DNA of 64,000 nt from Hyalangium minutum (GTDB taxonomy: Bacteria; Myxococcota; Myxococcia; Myxococcales; Myxococcaceae): assembly GCF_000737315.1 (NCBI RefSeq), contig NZ_JMCB01000005.1, positions 372,001 through 436,000 on the forward strand, given 5' to 3'. Position 1 is the stretch's first letter, and each line of letters begins with the position of its first letter. The notes under the pieces were generated by a model. The model did not search any database, had not been told where the DNA came from, and saw only the letters and a list, made by a program, of their open reading frames with translations. Position numbers and translations under genes: made by a program. Shown here in pieces: positions 30,483 to 39,632 of the stretch.

Positions 30483-31136
30483 TTACGGACTGGGGGAGAG
30501 CCCGGGGCCGCTGCTCTCCTGGCGGGCCAGCTCTCCCGCGGCCTGGAACGCCTTCCACAGCGTCCAGATGACCCAGACGCGGACGATGATGCCGGCACCC
30601 GGCGAGCGGCCTCCGGCCTCCACGGAGGCGACGAAGGTATAGAGGGTGTCGGCCACGTACAGGACGATGGCCAGCATCGGTGCTACGCGCGAGTGCCGGG
30701 AGGTGAAGAAGCCCAGCGTCGCGACGATGGCTCCGAAGATGATGGAGCCAAGGCCCATGCCGAGCCGGTCGAGGACCTCGTTGTCGATGAGCATGGCGAC
30801 GACGCCCAGCAGGGTGTTGAGGCCCGCGAAGAAGTAGAGCAGGTACGCGGCGGACTGCACCCGCTGCGCCGGGTCCGACGCGGAGCCCGGCAGCGCGGCT
30901 CCGTTGCGCGTCACCTGCAGCTCCACGTTCAGCGCTCCCGAGACGAGCTGGACTCGCAAGTCACTGCCGTCCGGCAGGCGGAACTCCACGCCCTTCTTGA
31001 GCTCCTTCTGGCCGCCTTCCACCGTGCCCACCTGCTTCCCATCGAGGGTGACGGTGAAGTTCTTCCAGAACATCCCCCAGCTCACTTCCAATCGCTTCGG
31101 CCCCCCCGGCTCCAGGGCAAACGTCTTCTTCGCCAT
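30483..31136 (-). CDS. Hypothetical membrane protein
   Basis: Soluble beta-rich N-terminal half followed by about four TM segments. Confidence 0.7.
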   Translation of the reverse strand: MAKKTFALEPGGPKRLEVSWGMFWKNFTVTLDGKQVGTVEGGQKELKKGVEFRLPDGSDLRVQLVSGALNVELQVTRNGAALPGSASDPAQRVQSAAYLLYFFAGLNTLLGVVAMLIDNEVLDRLGMGLGSIIFGAIVATLGFFTSRHSRVAPMLAIVLYVADTLYTFVASVEAGGRSPGAGIIVRVWVIWTLWKAFQAAGELARQESSGPGLSPSP

Positions 31137-31185
31137 GCTCAGTGCACTCTCTCTCTTGTGAGGGCGAGCCCGCCCAGGCCGGGGT

Positions 31186-31566
31186 TCAGCTCCGTACCAC
31201 CAGCCCGATCGCGATCACGACGAGCATCGCCAGGTGGAAGTATCCCACGTTGCGAGCGAGCCTCGCTATCCCCTCCCCGGAGCCGGGGGCTTCGCCCCGG
31301 TGAATGGCGGCGAGCTCCTGGTGGCCGAGGAAGATGGCCACCAGCCCGGGGACGAACCCGCAGAAGCCCGCCGTGGCGAAGATGAGCGCCACCGTGGCCC
31401 GGCGCGAGGGCTTCTCGCCCAGCGCCACTTGATGGCAGCGCAGGCAGAGCATTCTCCCCACCTGCCACCGGCGGCAGCGCTCGCAGATGAAGAGGCCGCA
31501 CCGGCTGCAGGTGCCATCAGCAGGGGACTCGGGGTGGGTGGCGCAGAGCGCGGCGCTCGCTTCCAT
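31186..31566 (-). CDS. B-box-like Zn finger plus DUF4190-like two-TM protein
   Basis: C..HP......C.RCG..IC..C......C..C followed by two TM helices with GLVAI.LGH. Confidence 0.7.
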   Translation of the reverse strand: MEASAALCATHPESPADGTCSRCGLFICERCRRWQVGRMLCLRCHQVALGEKPSRRATVALIFATAGFCGFVPGLVAIFLGHQELAAIHRGEAPGSGEGIARLARNVGYFHLAMLVVIAIGLVVRS

Positions 31567-31628
31567 GCGCCCGCCGTTCTATCGCTTCCCGAGGCGGCTC
31601 TGCCACTCGCCGCCCCGCGTGCTGGAGG

Positions 31629-33263
31629 CTAGTGCGCGGCCAACCGCGCGGCGGCGGGCCGTCCGGCGTACGTCCCAGGCAGAGGCGCCCCCTGGAAGGC
31701 GTTGTGCAGCTCGTTCAGCTCGGCCCACAGCAGCCACTCGTCCGGGAACGCGTTGGCGGCCTTCATGAGCGTCTCCAGGCGGTCCAGCCGGCGCTCTCCG
31801 GACTCACGCAGCGCGCGCACGTCCCGGTAGAGCGTCGCAAGCGCGGGAGGCAGCGCCTCGGCCTTGCGAGCCCGGGCCTGAGCCTCGCCGTCGCCCTCGG
31901 TGAAGGCGCTGAGCTCGCCGAACCAGTGATCCCACGCCTCCGGATCCGCGGGGCCACCGGCCACGGACGGCAGACCCTCGCTGAGGAAGAGCCGCGCCAC
32001 GGAGGGCAGGCTCTCCAGCGTCCGCTCGCCCAGCTTCACCTTCAGGCGCAGCACCTCGCCACCTCCCACGGCGAAGCCCTCCAGCCGCAGGCCGCTGGCC
32101 AGCTCGAGCTGGAACTCTCCGCGCTCCGGCAGGGTGCCAGCGCCAAAGGCGACCAGCGTGGGGCTCTGCCACGGCTTGCCCTGCGCCTTGGCGTCGCGGG
32201 ACAGCATCACCGGCCCGGAGAGCCGGACCAGGGCGGTGGTGAGGCCCTCCTTCACGGGGCGCACGCCCTCGAACAACTCCACCACGCGGCCCGTCACCTC
32301 ACGCCTGTCCGCGAGCACCAGGTGGTTCACCGAGCGCGCCCGGTGCGCCTCACGCAGGCCGTGGTCTCCGCCGCGCTTCCAGGACAGCGAGGCCTCGAAC
32401 TGCTCCACCACCTCGAAGAGGTGCTCGAAGTCCCTCGCCACGAAGAGCTGCGGCTGCATCCGGGTGATGTCGTACTCGGTCTCCGCGCACACCAGGCTCA
32501 GCGGCACCTTCTTCACCGCGGAGGTGAGGCAGTGCTCGGCCTCGCCGATGCTCGACAGCAGGCCGGCGCCGAACAGGCGCGGGCGCTCCAGACTGCCGAT
32601 GAGGCCGTACTCGGCCGTCCACCAATAGAGTCGCGCGGCCTTGGTGCTCTCGCTGACGTAGCGGCGGCAGCGCGTGGCGGCATCCAGGCGCGCCTGCGCG
32701 TGCTCCACCTGCTCGGGCGTGGAAGTGGGGTCCTCCTTCACCACGCTCAGGTTGCGGATGGCCTCGAAGATGGCCTGGTCCTCGACGGAGGCAATGGCCT
32801 TGAAGCCCACCATGCCGCAGCGCTTGAGGTACTCCGCATAGCGGGTGTTGGCGATGATGGGCGCGTGGCCCGCGCTCTCGTGGACGATGTCCGGCGCGGG
32901 CGTGTACTGAATGTGCTCGTGCGTGCGGATGTCCGCGGCGATGGCCAGCACGCCCAGGGACTGCAGCTCGGTGAATACCTCGGGCGGGATGAAGCCGCGC
33001 ACGCCCACCGCCGCCCAGCCGAGCTGGGCCAGCCTCTCGTTCATCTCATCCAAGCTGGGGATGCGCTCCACGCCGATGCCCGTGGCCTCGAGCCCCTCGA
33101 GGTAGACCGGGTGCGCCTTGTCGGACAGGTGGCTGCGGAGCCGGCCGAGGATGTGACGCCACACGGCCTGGTCCCGAGGCGTATAGGACGCGTAGTCCTG
33201 TCCCACCACATAGCGGCGCAGGTGGGCAGGCAGCCGGGCCAGCGTCTTCTCCGTCGGGGTCAT
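31629..33263 (-). CDS. phhA: Phenylalanine 4-hydroxylase (long form of aromatic amino acid hydroxylase)
   Basis: YTPAPDIVHESAGHAP (Fe ligands H-x4-H), LYWWTAEYGL (Glu ligand), GAGLLSSIGE and YDITRMQPQLFV. It carries a long C-terminal extension. Confidence 0.88.
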   Translation of the reverse strand: MTPTEKTLARLPAHLRRYVVGQDYASYTPRDQAVWRHILGRLRSHLSDKAHPVYLEGLEATGIGVERIPSLDEMNERLAQLGWAAVGVRGFIPPEVFTELQSLGVLAIAADIRTHEHIQYTPAPDIVHESAGHAPIIANTRYAEYLKRCGMVGFKAIASVEDQAIFEAIRNLSVVKEDPTSTPEQVEHAQARLDAATRCRRYVSESTKAARLYWWTAEYGLIGSLERPRLFGAGLLSSIGEAEHCLTSAVKKVPLSLVCAETEYDITRMQPQLFVARDFEHLFEVVEQFEASLSWKRGGDHGLREAHRARSVNHLVLADRREVTGRVVELFEGVRPVKEGLTTALVRLSGPVMLSRDAKAQGKPWQSPTLVAFGAGTLPERGEFQLELASGLRLEGFAVGGGEVLRLKVKLGERTLESLPSVARLFLSEGLPSVAGGPADPEAWDHWFGELSAFTEGDGEAQARARKAEALPPALATLYRDVRALRESGERRLDRLETLMKAANAFPDEWLLWAELNELHNAFQGAPLPGTYAGRPAAARLAAH

Positions 33264-33313
33264 ACGCGCTCCCTCCATCAGCTATCCACTAAGGTAGAGA
33301 TGGGGAGGCCGGA

Positions 33314-33353
33314 CGGAAATCCGTAAAATTCCGAAGTTCTATTCGGATTTCCG
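33314..33353. promoter_or_regulatory. Putative operator: perfect 10-bp inverted repeat with a nested 6-bp inverted repeat, upstream of phhA
   Basis: CGGAAATCCG (33314-33323) / CGGATTTCCG (33344-33353); inner TCCGAA (33330-33335) / TTCGGA (33342-33347). AT-rich context. Confidence 0.55.
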
Positions 33354-34271
33354 ACGTTTCTGGAGGCGACGCCGTAACCCCTGGAGAACGAGCTTGGCCT
33401 CCGTGCTCTGCATGTTCTCGGGCCAGAGGGCGACCACCTCGATGGTCTGGGGCTGCTCCTCCTGGAAGGGCCAGACGTGGAGATCCGGGGGGAAAGGGCG
33501 CAGGGAGCGCAGGTCCGGGACAATGGCGCACGCCTGGTCGAAGGCGCGCAGCACGTCGAAGAGGTGGAGGAAGCTCTCCACGCGGGCGACCTCGCGCACG
33601 GTGACGCTGTGCGTCGTGAAGCGGGCGCTGTTGGCGCCGCCATAGGGGTCGTCCTTGAGCCAGTCGACGAAGGCCTGGCCCTCGAGGTCCTTTACATGGA
33701 GGGACGTGCGGGAGCTGTAGCGCTCGGCCAGGGGCGTGCGGGGCCCAGCGAGCACCACGAAGGGCAGGGTGGTGAGGGACTCGGCCTCCACGCCCTTGTG
33801 CGGGGGCAGCGGGGTGAAGTTGATGACGAGATCCCGCTGGCCGGTCTGCACCTCACGCACCAGCTCGAAGGGGTCTCCGAAGCCGAGCTCGAGCTTGATG
33901 TTGGCGCGAGCCGCGTCGGTGGCGAGCTCGCCCAGCAGCAGGATGGAGAGCGTGTGGTTGAGGCCCAGGCGCAGGCTGGGCTCGGTGCTGGACAAGTCTC
34001 TGAGGCGCTTGAGGTCCAGCTGGTGCAGCGGCGTCTGCGTGCCGGCATAGAGCCGCTGGCCGCGCCGGGTGAGGTGGAGTCGGCGGCCGGGGCCTCGCTC
34101 CAGCAAGGGTTCCCCCTCGCCGAGGGCCAGCTCCAGCGAGCGGATGTGCTCGCTCACCACGGAGCGGGCCACGCCCAGGTGCTCGGCGGCGCCTTCGAGG
34201 CTGCCCGCTTCGACGGCGGCTGCGAAGGCTTCGAGCCAGTTGAGGTGTCGTGTGAGCTTGCGAGGGGGCAT
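33339..34271 (-). CDS. LysR family transcriptional regulator
   Basis: N-terminal HTH (LEAFAAAVEAGSL..AAEHL...S.VSEHIRSLE..LG..LLER) and a C-terminal substrate-binding domain. Confidence 0.9.
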   Translation of the reverse strand: MPPRKLTRHLNWLEAFAAAVEAGSLEGAAEHLGVARSVVSEHIRSLELALGEGEPLLERGPGRRLHLTRRGQRLYAGTQTPLHQLDLKRLRDLSSTEPSLRLGLNHTLSILLLGELATDAARANIKLELGFGDPFELVREVQTGQRDLVINFTPLPPHKGVEAESLTTLPFVVLAGPRTPLAERYSSRTSLHVKDLEGQAFVDWLKDDPYGGANSARFTTHSVTVREVARVESFLHLFDVLRAFDQACAIVPDLRSLRPFPPDLHVWPFQEEQPQTIEVVALWPENMQSTEAKLVLQGLRRRLQKRRKSE

Positions 34272-34280
34272 GGTCCGCCG

Positions 34281-34931
34281 TTACTCCTTCTGCTGCCCGT
34301 AGGTCTTGAACTTCTCCAGCACGACAGCCATCTCGGCGTCGTCGAGCAACACGGGCTCACCTGCCTGAAGCGCCCGCAGGTACATGCTCGCGAGTGTCTC
34401 AACTTCGACGGCGACTTTGAAGGCGCTCGGCAAGTCTGGGCCCAGGGTGATGAGGCCGTGGTTGGCCAGTAAGCACGCCTTGCGGCCTTCGAGCGCGGCG
34501 ACTGCGTGGCGGGACAGCTCCTCGGTGCCAAAGGTGGCGTAGGGAGCGCAGCGGATATCGGATCCACCCGCCACCGACACCATATAGTGGAAGGCAGGGA
34601 TGGAGCGGCGCAGGCACGCGACGGCGGTGCTGTTCGGCGAGTGCGTGTGCAGCACCGCATTCACCTCGGGCCGCGAGGCGAGGATGTCTCGATGGAAGCG
34701 CCACTCGGAGGAGGGCCGCCGCGGGCCCTCATGGCTCCCATCGAAGCGCATGAGGACGATGTCCTCTGGGCGCAGCGCGTCGTATTCCATGCCGGTGGGG
34801 GTGACGAGGAAGCCGTCGGCCACACGGTGGCTGAGGTTGCCGGACGTGCCCTGATTGAGCCCTGAGGGGTTCAACCGCCGGGCGGTGGAGAGAATGGCTT
34901 CGCGCTGCCTGAAGTGAGGCAGCGGGCTCAC
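34281..34931 (-). CDS. Class II aldolase (FucA/Ald2-like; probable methylthio-/5-deoxy-ribulose-1-P aldolase)
   Basis: [22 protein letters not shown] and LLANHG (Zn ligands). The GTG start overlaps the mtnA stop (GTGA). Confidence 0.88.
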   Translation of the reverse strand: MSPLPHFRQREAILSTARRLNPSGLNQGTSGNLSHRVADGFLVTPTGMEYDALRPEDIVLMRFDGSHEGPRRPSSEWRFHRDILASRPEVNAVLHTHSPNSTAVACLRRSIPAFHYMVSVAGGSDIRCAPYATFGTEELSRHAVAALEGRKACLLANHGLITLGPDLPSAFKVAVEVETLASMYLRALQAGEPVLLDDAEMAVVLEKFKTYGQQKE

Positions 34932-36037
34932 GTCCCGGTTCCCCGCATCCGCTCGGGGAAGAGCGAGCGCAGCCCCTCGGGAGAGGCGGCGCACACCCCG
35001 CGCTCGGTGACGAGCGCCGTCACCAGCCGGGCCGGAGTGACATCGAAGCCGTAGTTGGCCGCGGGGCTGCCGGGAGGCGTGATGCGCACGGTGACGACGT
35101 CACCCGAGGGCAGCCGGCCGCTGATGTCGGTCAGCTCGGCGCCGTCGCGCTGCTCGATGGGAATGCCTCGCACGCCATCCTCGAGCGTCCAGTCGATGGT
35201 GGGAGACGGCAGCGCCACATAGAAGGGCACGCCGTTGTCCTTGGCCGCGAGCGCCTTCAGGTAGGTGCCAATCTTGTTGGCCACATCGCCTCGGGCAGTG
35301 GTGCGGTCCGTGCCGACGATGCACAAGTCCACGTGGCCGTGCTGCATGAGGTGGCCGCCCACGTTGTCGGCGATGACGGTGTGAGGGACGCCGTGCTGGC
35401 CCAACTCCCACGCGGTGAGGCTGGCGCCCTGGTTGCGAGGACGGGTCTCGTCCACCCAGACATGCACGGGGATGCCCGCGTCGTGCGCCAGATAGATGGG
35501 CGCGAGTGCGGTGCCCCAGTCCACGGTGGCCAGCCAGCCTGCGTTGCAGTGGGTGAGGATGTTGAGGCGGCCTTTCTGGCCCTTGCGCTCCCAGGCCTCG
35601 CGCAGGAGCGGCAGGCCCTGGGTGCCGATGCCGTGGTTGATGGCGACGTCCTCGTCGCACAGGGCGGCGGCACGGCGATACGCGGCGGAGGGGCGTTCGG
35701 AAGGAGCGCGCGGCTGCAGCGCGCGGCGCATCTCCTCCAGTGCCCAGCGCAGGTTGATGGCGGTGGGCCGAGTGGCGGCCAGCGTCGCGCAGGCCTTCTC
35801 CAGGTTTTCATCCGACGGGTTCACGCGGAGGGCGAGGCAGACGCCATATGCAGCGGCGGCACCAATGAGCGGAGCGCCTCGGAGCTGCATGGAGGTGATG
35901 GCATGAGCCACCGCCTCCATCGTGGTGAGCTGGGCCGTCACGAAGGCGTGCGGCAGGCGCGTCTGGTCGATGATGCCCACGGACCAGCCATCGGGCTCGA
36001 CCCAGATGGTCCGCATCGGCTGGCCATGGACCTTCAT
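34928..36037 (-). CDS. mtnA: S-methyl-5-thioribose-1-phosphate isomerase
   Basis: [42 protein letters not shown] and NKIGTY motifs. Confidence 0.95.
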   Translation of the reverse strand: MKVHGQPMRTIWVEPDGWSVGIIDQTRLPHAFVTAQLTTMEAVAHAITSMQLRGAPLIGAAAAYGVCLALRVNPSDENLEKACATLAATRPTAINLRWALEEMRRALQPRAPSERPSAAYRRAAALCDEDVAINHGIGTQGLPLLREAWERKGQKGRLNILTHCNAGWLATVDWGTALAPIYLAHDAGIPVHVWVDETRPRNQGASLTAWELGQHGVPHTVIADNVGGHLMQHGHVDLCIVGTDRTTARGDVANKIGTYLKALAAKDNGVPFYVALPSPTIDWTLEDGVRGIPIEQRDGAELTDISGRLPSGDVVTVRITPPGSPAANYGFDVTPARLVTALVTERGVCAASPEGLRSLFPERMRGTGT

Positions 36038-36085
36038 TGCATCCTCCAGGCAGCCATCATGCCTCAGCGGGACAGAGCCAGCCGC

Positions 36086-36703
36086 TCAAGTTCCACCATC
36101 CCGAGAGTCTCCTGCCAGCCCGCCGTCCGGCGGTACGGGCACCCCTCCGTCTGCGGGCGACTCTCCTGGAAATGGAATGCCTGCATCCCGATAGTAGGCG
36201 CGGATCTCCTCGAAGGGGGCGCCCACCAGGTGATTCGGAACGGGGATGCTCGGCCTTGGCGGCTCCTCGCGGGGAAACCCATCGGGCTCAATGCCGACGA
36301 GCCGCCGCAGAATCCGGCCATCGGTGCTGATGGCGTAGCGGGCTCCGTCATCCAGTGCCCAGATGGTGGGTCGGCAAAATGAAAAATTGAAAGAGACACT
36401 TACGAAGATGATGTCTCCCTGGCGAATCACTTGATAAAGCTGTGCCTCCTGTCGATCTTGACAGCCATATTCTTGCCTGCCCGGAGGGATATAGTCATTC
36501 GCGGCAATCATGACGGCCCGAAGCGTGACGCCATCCAAATCATAGGGGGCGTTTGTCTCCCCGACGATGATGGGCCTCTGATTACCGAAATCAGGGAACC
36601 TGATGGACGTGTCGTTCCCGACCGGTATGGGCGAGGAATGTGGGGAGCGCCAACAAGCTGAGAAAGACACCAACGCCAGGAACCATCTGCCAAGACGGTG
36701 CAC
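36086..36703 (-). CDS. Hypothetical lipoprotein (low-GC pair, gene 2)
   Basis: GTG start 4 nt after the upstream stop; lipobox FSAC; atypical AT-richer codons. Confidence 0.7.
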   Translation of the reverse strand: MHRLGRWFLALVSFSACWRSPHSSPIPVGNDTSIRFPDFGNQRPIIVGETNAPYDLDGVTLRAVMIAANDYIPPGRQEYGCQDRQEAQLYQVIRQGDIIFVSVSFNFSFCRPTIWALDDGARYAISTDGRILRRLVGIEPDGFPREEPPRPSIPVPNHLVGAPFEEIRAYYRDAGIPFPGESPADGGVPVPPDGGLAGDSRDGGT

Positions 36704-36707
36704 GAAG

Positions 36708-37424
36708 CTAGTTTTTCTCAAGGATATACCTTCCGTTGGCGAGCCTTTTGACAAGGCCCACATGCTCCATACGCCAGTCATCTTGTGAATGGTGCCATTT
36801 TACCATCTCGGTCGTCGCTGGGATGTACTCAAAGAACCCATCGCAAGTGGGGGACTCGAAATCATTCGAAGTAGAAAAGAACGCGATGACGGCGAGACGT
36901 ACGTTGCCATCTCTCGTATTGATTTCAAATCCATGGGTCAATCCCATGTCTGTGATGTATCCAATATCCTTATTGGAGAGGATGTCTTCGAAAGGATGGT
37001 TGTGGAGCGCAAAGATGTACTTGAGGCTGGTGGGCGGGTAGCGCGGATCATTCACAAAGGGAGGGAGGTCACAGGTCTTCCTATCCTCGAGGTTCGGCTT
37101 GGATTGATCCGTCAGCAGGGTCATTTCGTACTTGTGGTCCGGCGTGTAATACAGCCAGGCGCAGTACTCGCTGGAGACCCGCCAGCGTATCTGGAAGTTC
37201 TGGCTCCCCACGCGGCCAGCCGTGGCGTTCGGCTTGGAGAGAATCAGCGGACAGGCCGCCATCAACGCCTGTGTATAGGACTCAAAAGGGCCGAAGCCGG
37301 GCATGGGGCCTGGCAGGCTCTGCAGGAACGGTTCCCCGGGCCCGGGGCGCACCACCCCGGGAATGGGCGTGGAGGGTGTACACCCCACGCCCCACAGCAG
37401 CAGGAATACCCAGAATTGGCGCAA
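36708..37424 (-). CDS. Hypothetical lipoprotein with JAB/MPN+-like metal motif (low-GC pair, gene 1)
   Basis: GGGGAGG precedes the TTG start; lipobox GVGC; SEYCAWLY and HNHPFEDILSNKD motifs. Confidence 0.7.
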   Translation of the reverse strand: MRQFWVFLLLWGVGCTPSTPIPGVVRPGPGEPFLQSLPGPMPGFGPFESYTQALMAACPLILSKPNATAGRVGSQNFQIRWRVSSEYCAWLYYTPDHKYEMTLLTDQSKPNLEDRKTCDLPPFVNDPRYPPTSLKYIFALHNHPFEDILSNKDIGYITDMGLTHGFEINTRDGNVRLAVIAFFSTSNDFESPTCDGFFEYIPATTEMVKWHHSQDDWRMEHVGLVKRLANGRYILEKN

Positions 37425-37446
37425 GCAGGCCTCCCCTGAAGGGGGA

Positions 37447-38520
37447 CTACTCGCGCATCAGCGCCGCGCCCCAGTGGAACCCGGCGCCCAGGCCCACGAA
37501 GCACACCAGGTCTCCCTCCTTCACCTTGCCGTTGCGGCGGCACTCGTCATAGGCGATGGGAATCGTCGCCGCTGTGGTGTTCCCGTAGCGCTGGATGTTG
37601 TTGTACACACGCTCGTCCGGCAGCTTCAGCGCCTTCTGCACCGCCTCGTTGATGCGCAGGTTGGCCTGGTGGGCGATCAGCATGTGGATGTCGTCCACCG
37701 TGACGCCCACCTTCTGGCAGACCTCGTGCACGGCCTCGGGCATCTTCGACACGGCCATCTTGAACACCGTGCGGCCGTCCATCGACGGCACGTAGCGCGC
37801 CTCCTTGATGTGCGTGTCGCCGCCCACGTACGGACGGTAGGCGAAGCCCGCCGAGGCCACGTACAGGCTCTCCGCCTTGCTGCCATCCGAGTGCAGCACG
37901 AAGCCCAGCAGGCCGCGCTCCGGGTTGTCCGTGGGGCCCAGCACCATGGCGCCCGCCGCGTCCCCGAACAGCGAGGTGCGGTCGCGGAACTTCGTGTTGA
38001 AGTCGTGCTCGTCCTTGGGCAGCTCGCCCTGGGCCTTGTCGGTGATCAGGTCAAACGCCTGCTTCGACCAGGGCATGAAGCCGGTGTGGACCTCGGCGCC
38101 CACGAACAGCAGCCGCTTGGCCGCGCCCGAACGGATCAGCGCGTCACACACCTGCAGGCCATAGATGAAGCCGCTGCACTGCTGGCGGATGTCCAGCGCC
38201 GGCACGTTGGCCAGCCCGAGCTTCGTTTGCAGCAGGCCGCCGCACCCCGGGAAGTAGTAGTCCGGGGTCATCGTGGCGAAGACGATGTAGTCGATCTCCT
38301 CGGGGGACACCTTCGCGTCCTCGAGCGCCTTGCGCGCGGCGCGCACGCCCAGGTCGCTCGTGGTGGTTCCCTCCTCGACGAAGTAGCGCTGCTCGATACC
38401 GGTGCGCTCGCGAATCCACTCATCCGAGGTGTCGCAGATCTTCGACAGGGCCTCGTTTTTGACGCAGTGCTCCCCAGTAACGAAGCCGCTTCCAAGAACT
38501 CGAGTAAAGGCAGTGGGCAT
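37447..38520 (-). CDS. fabH: 3-oxoacyl-ACP synthase III (FabH family)
   Basis: TSDEWIRERTGI, catalytic Cys (QQCSGF), AHQANLRI and YGNT motifs. Confidence 0.88.
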   Translation of the reverse strand: MPTAFTRVLGSGFVTGEHCVKNEALSKICDTSDEWIRERTGIEQRYFVEEGTTTSDLGVRAARKALEDAKVSPEEIDYIVFATMTPDYYFPGCGGLLQTKLGLANVPALDIRQQCSGFIYGLQVCDALIRSGAAKRLLFVGAEVHTGFMPWSKQAFDLITDKAQGELPKDEHDFNTKFRDRTSLFGDAAGAMVLGPTDNPERGLLGFVLHSDGSKAESLYVASAGFAYRPYVGGDTHIKEARYVPSMDGRTVFKMAVSKMPEAVHEVCQKVGVTVDDIHMLIAHQANLRINEAVQKALKLPDERVYNNIQRYGNTTAATIPIAYDECRRNGKVKEGDLVCFVGLGAGFHWGAALMRE

Positions 38521-38583
38521 GGGTCTCCTTGGCGGCCCGCTGCTTTATGCGGCCAGCACGGCGGGAGCAAGTACCCGTCACGT

Positions 38584-39468
38584 TCAGCGCCGCAGGACCC
38601 TCCCAGCCACGGCATCCAAGCGCTGCATCACGGCGGGGTCCCTTGCTTCGGGCGCGGTCATGATGGCGGTATCCAGGCAGGTCTGGCAGCCGTGCTTGCA
38701 AGGGCCCTGATGCCCGCCCAGCAAGGGGACGACCTTCTTGACGAGGGCGCGCGCCTTGCCCGCATTGGCCAGGAGCACGGAGACGACCTGGTCCACGGTG
38801 ACGGCGTCATGGCCCGGGTGCCAGCAGTCGAAGTCCGTGACCATGGCCACCGTCGCGTAACAAATCTCCGCCTCCCGGGCGAGCTTGGCCTCGGGCATGT
38901 TCGTCATGCCGATGACGTCGCACTTCCAGTGCCGGTACAGCTCACTCTCGGCGAGCGAGGAGAACTGGGGCCCCTCCATGACGAGGTACGTGCCGCCGCG
39001 CTTCACGGTGATGTCCACGCCTTGGCTGGCGGCCATCACCGCGTCGCCGACGCGCGTGCACACGGGGTGGGCCATGGAGACGTGGGCCACGCAACCGGTG
39101 CCGAAGAAGCTCTTCTGCCGGGCGAAGGTCCGGTCGATGAACTGATCCACCACGACGAAGGTGCCGGGGGGCAGGTCCTCGCGCAGGCTGCCTACGGCCG
39201 AGAGCGAGAGGATGGTGGTGACACCGCTGCGCTTGAGCGCATCGATGTTGGCGCGGGAGTTCAGCTCGGAGGGCGGGATGCGGTGGCCTCGGCCGTGCCG
39301 GGGGAGGAACACCACGGGCTGGCCCTCGAGCGTGCCGAAGCACAGCTCATCCGAGGGCTCGCCAAAAGGCGATGACACCTTGCGCCAGGAGACATCCGTC
39401 AGGCCGTCGATCTGGTAGAGGCCGCTGCCGCCGATGACGCCAATGACAGGTTTGGAGGAGGTGGACAT
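38584..39468 (-). CDS. mtnP: S-methyl-5'-thioadenosine phosphorylase
   Basis: IGVIGGSG, FLPRHGRGH, MEGPQFS..AES, VIGMTN.PEAKLAREAEICY and VTDFDCWH motifs. Confidence 0.95.
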   Translation of the reverse strand: MSTSSKPVIGVIGGSGLYQIDGLTDVSWRKVSSPFGEPSDELCFGTLEGQPVVFLPRHGRGHRIPPSELNSRANIDALKRSGVTTILSLSAVGSLREDLPPGTFVVVDQFIDRTFARQKSFFGTGCVAHVSMAHPVCTRVGDAVMAASQGVDITVKRGGTYLVMEGPQFSSLAESELYRHWKCDVIGMTNMPEAKLAREAEICYATVAMVTDFDCWHPGHDAVTVDQVVSVLLANAGKARALVKKVVPLLGGHQGPCKHGCQTCLDTAIMTAPEARDPAVMQRLDAVAGRVLRR

Positions 39469-39632
39469 GGCGGCAGTCTTCTCCCCCAGGCCTCGGTGAG
39501 GCAACACCGAAGACGGCGGGCCGGGCCGGGCTGAGTGTTGATCCTGCGCCCCCGGTGCACGACCCCGGATCCATCGAGAGGCGAGAGGCGCGTCCTTACG
39601 TTGGATTCCCAATGGAGACCCAGGGGGAGCGG

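Noticed and set aside
36040-37446. Direct repeats or IS ends around the low-GC lipoprotein islet
   Set aside because: No matching flanking repeats or transposase were found by eye, so it was not called a mobile element.
39469-39632. SAM/SAH riboswitch upstream of mtnP
   Set aside because: Only a short TCGGTG/CACCGA hairpin is present, without riboswitch core motifs.
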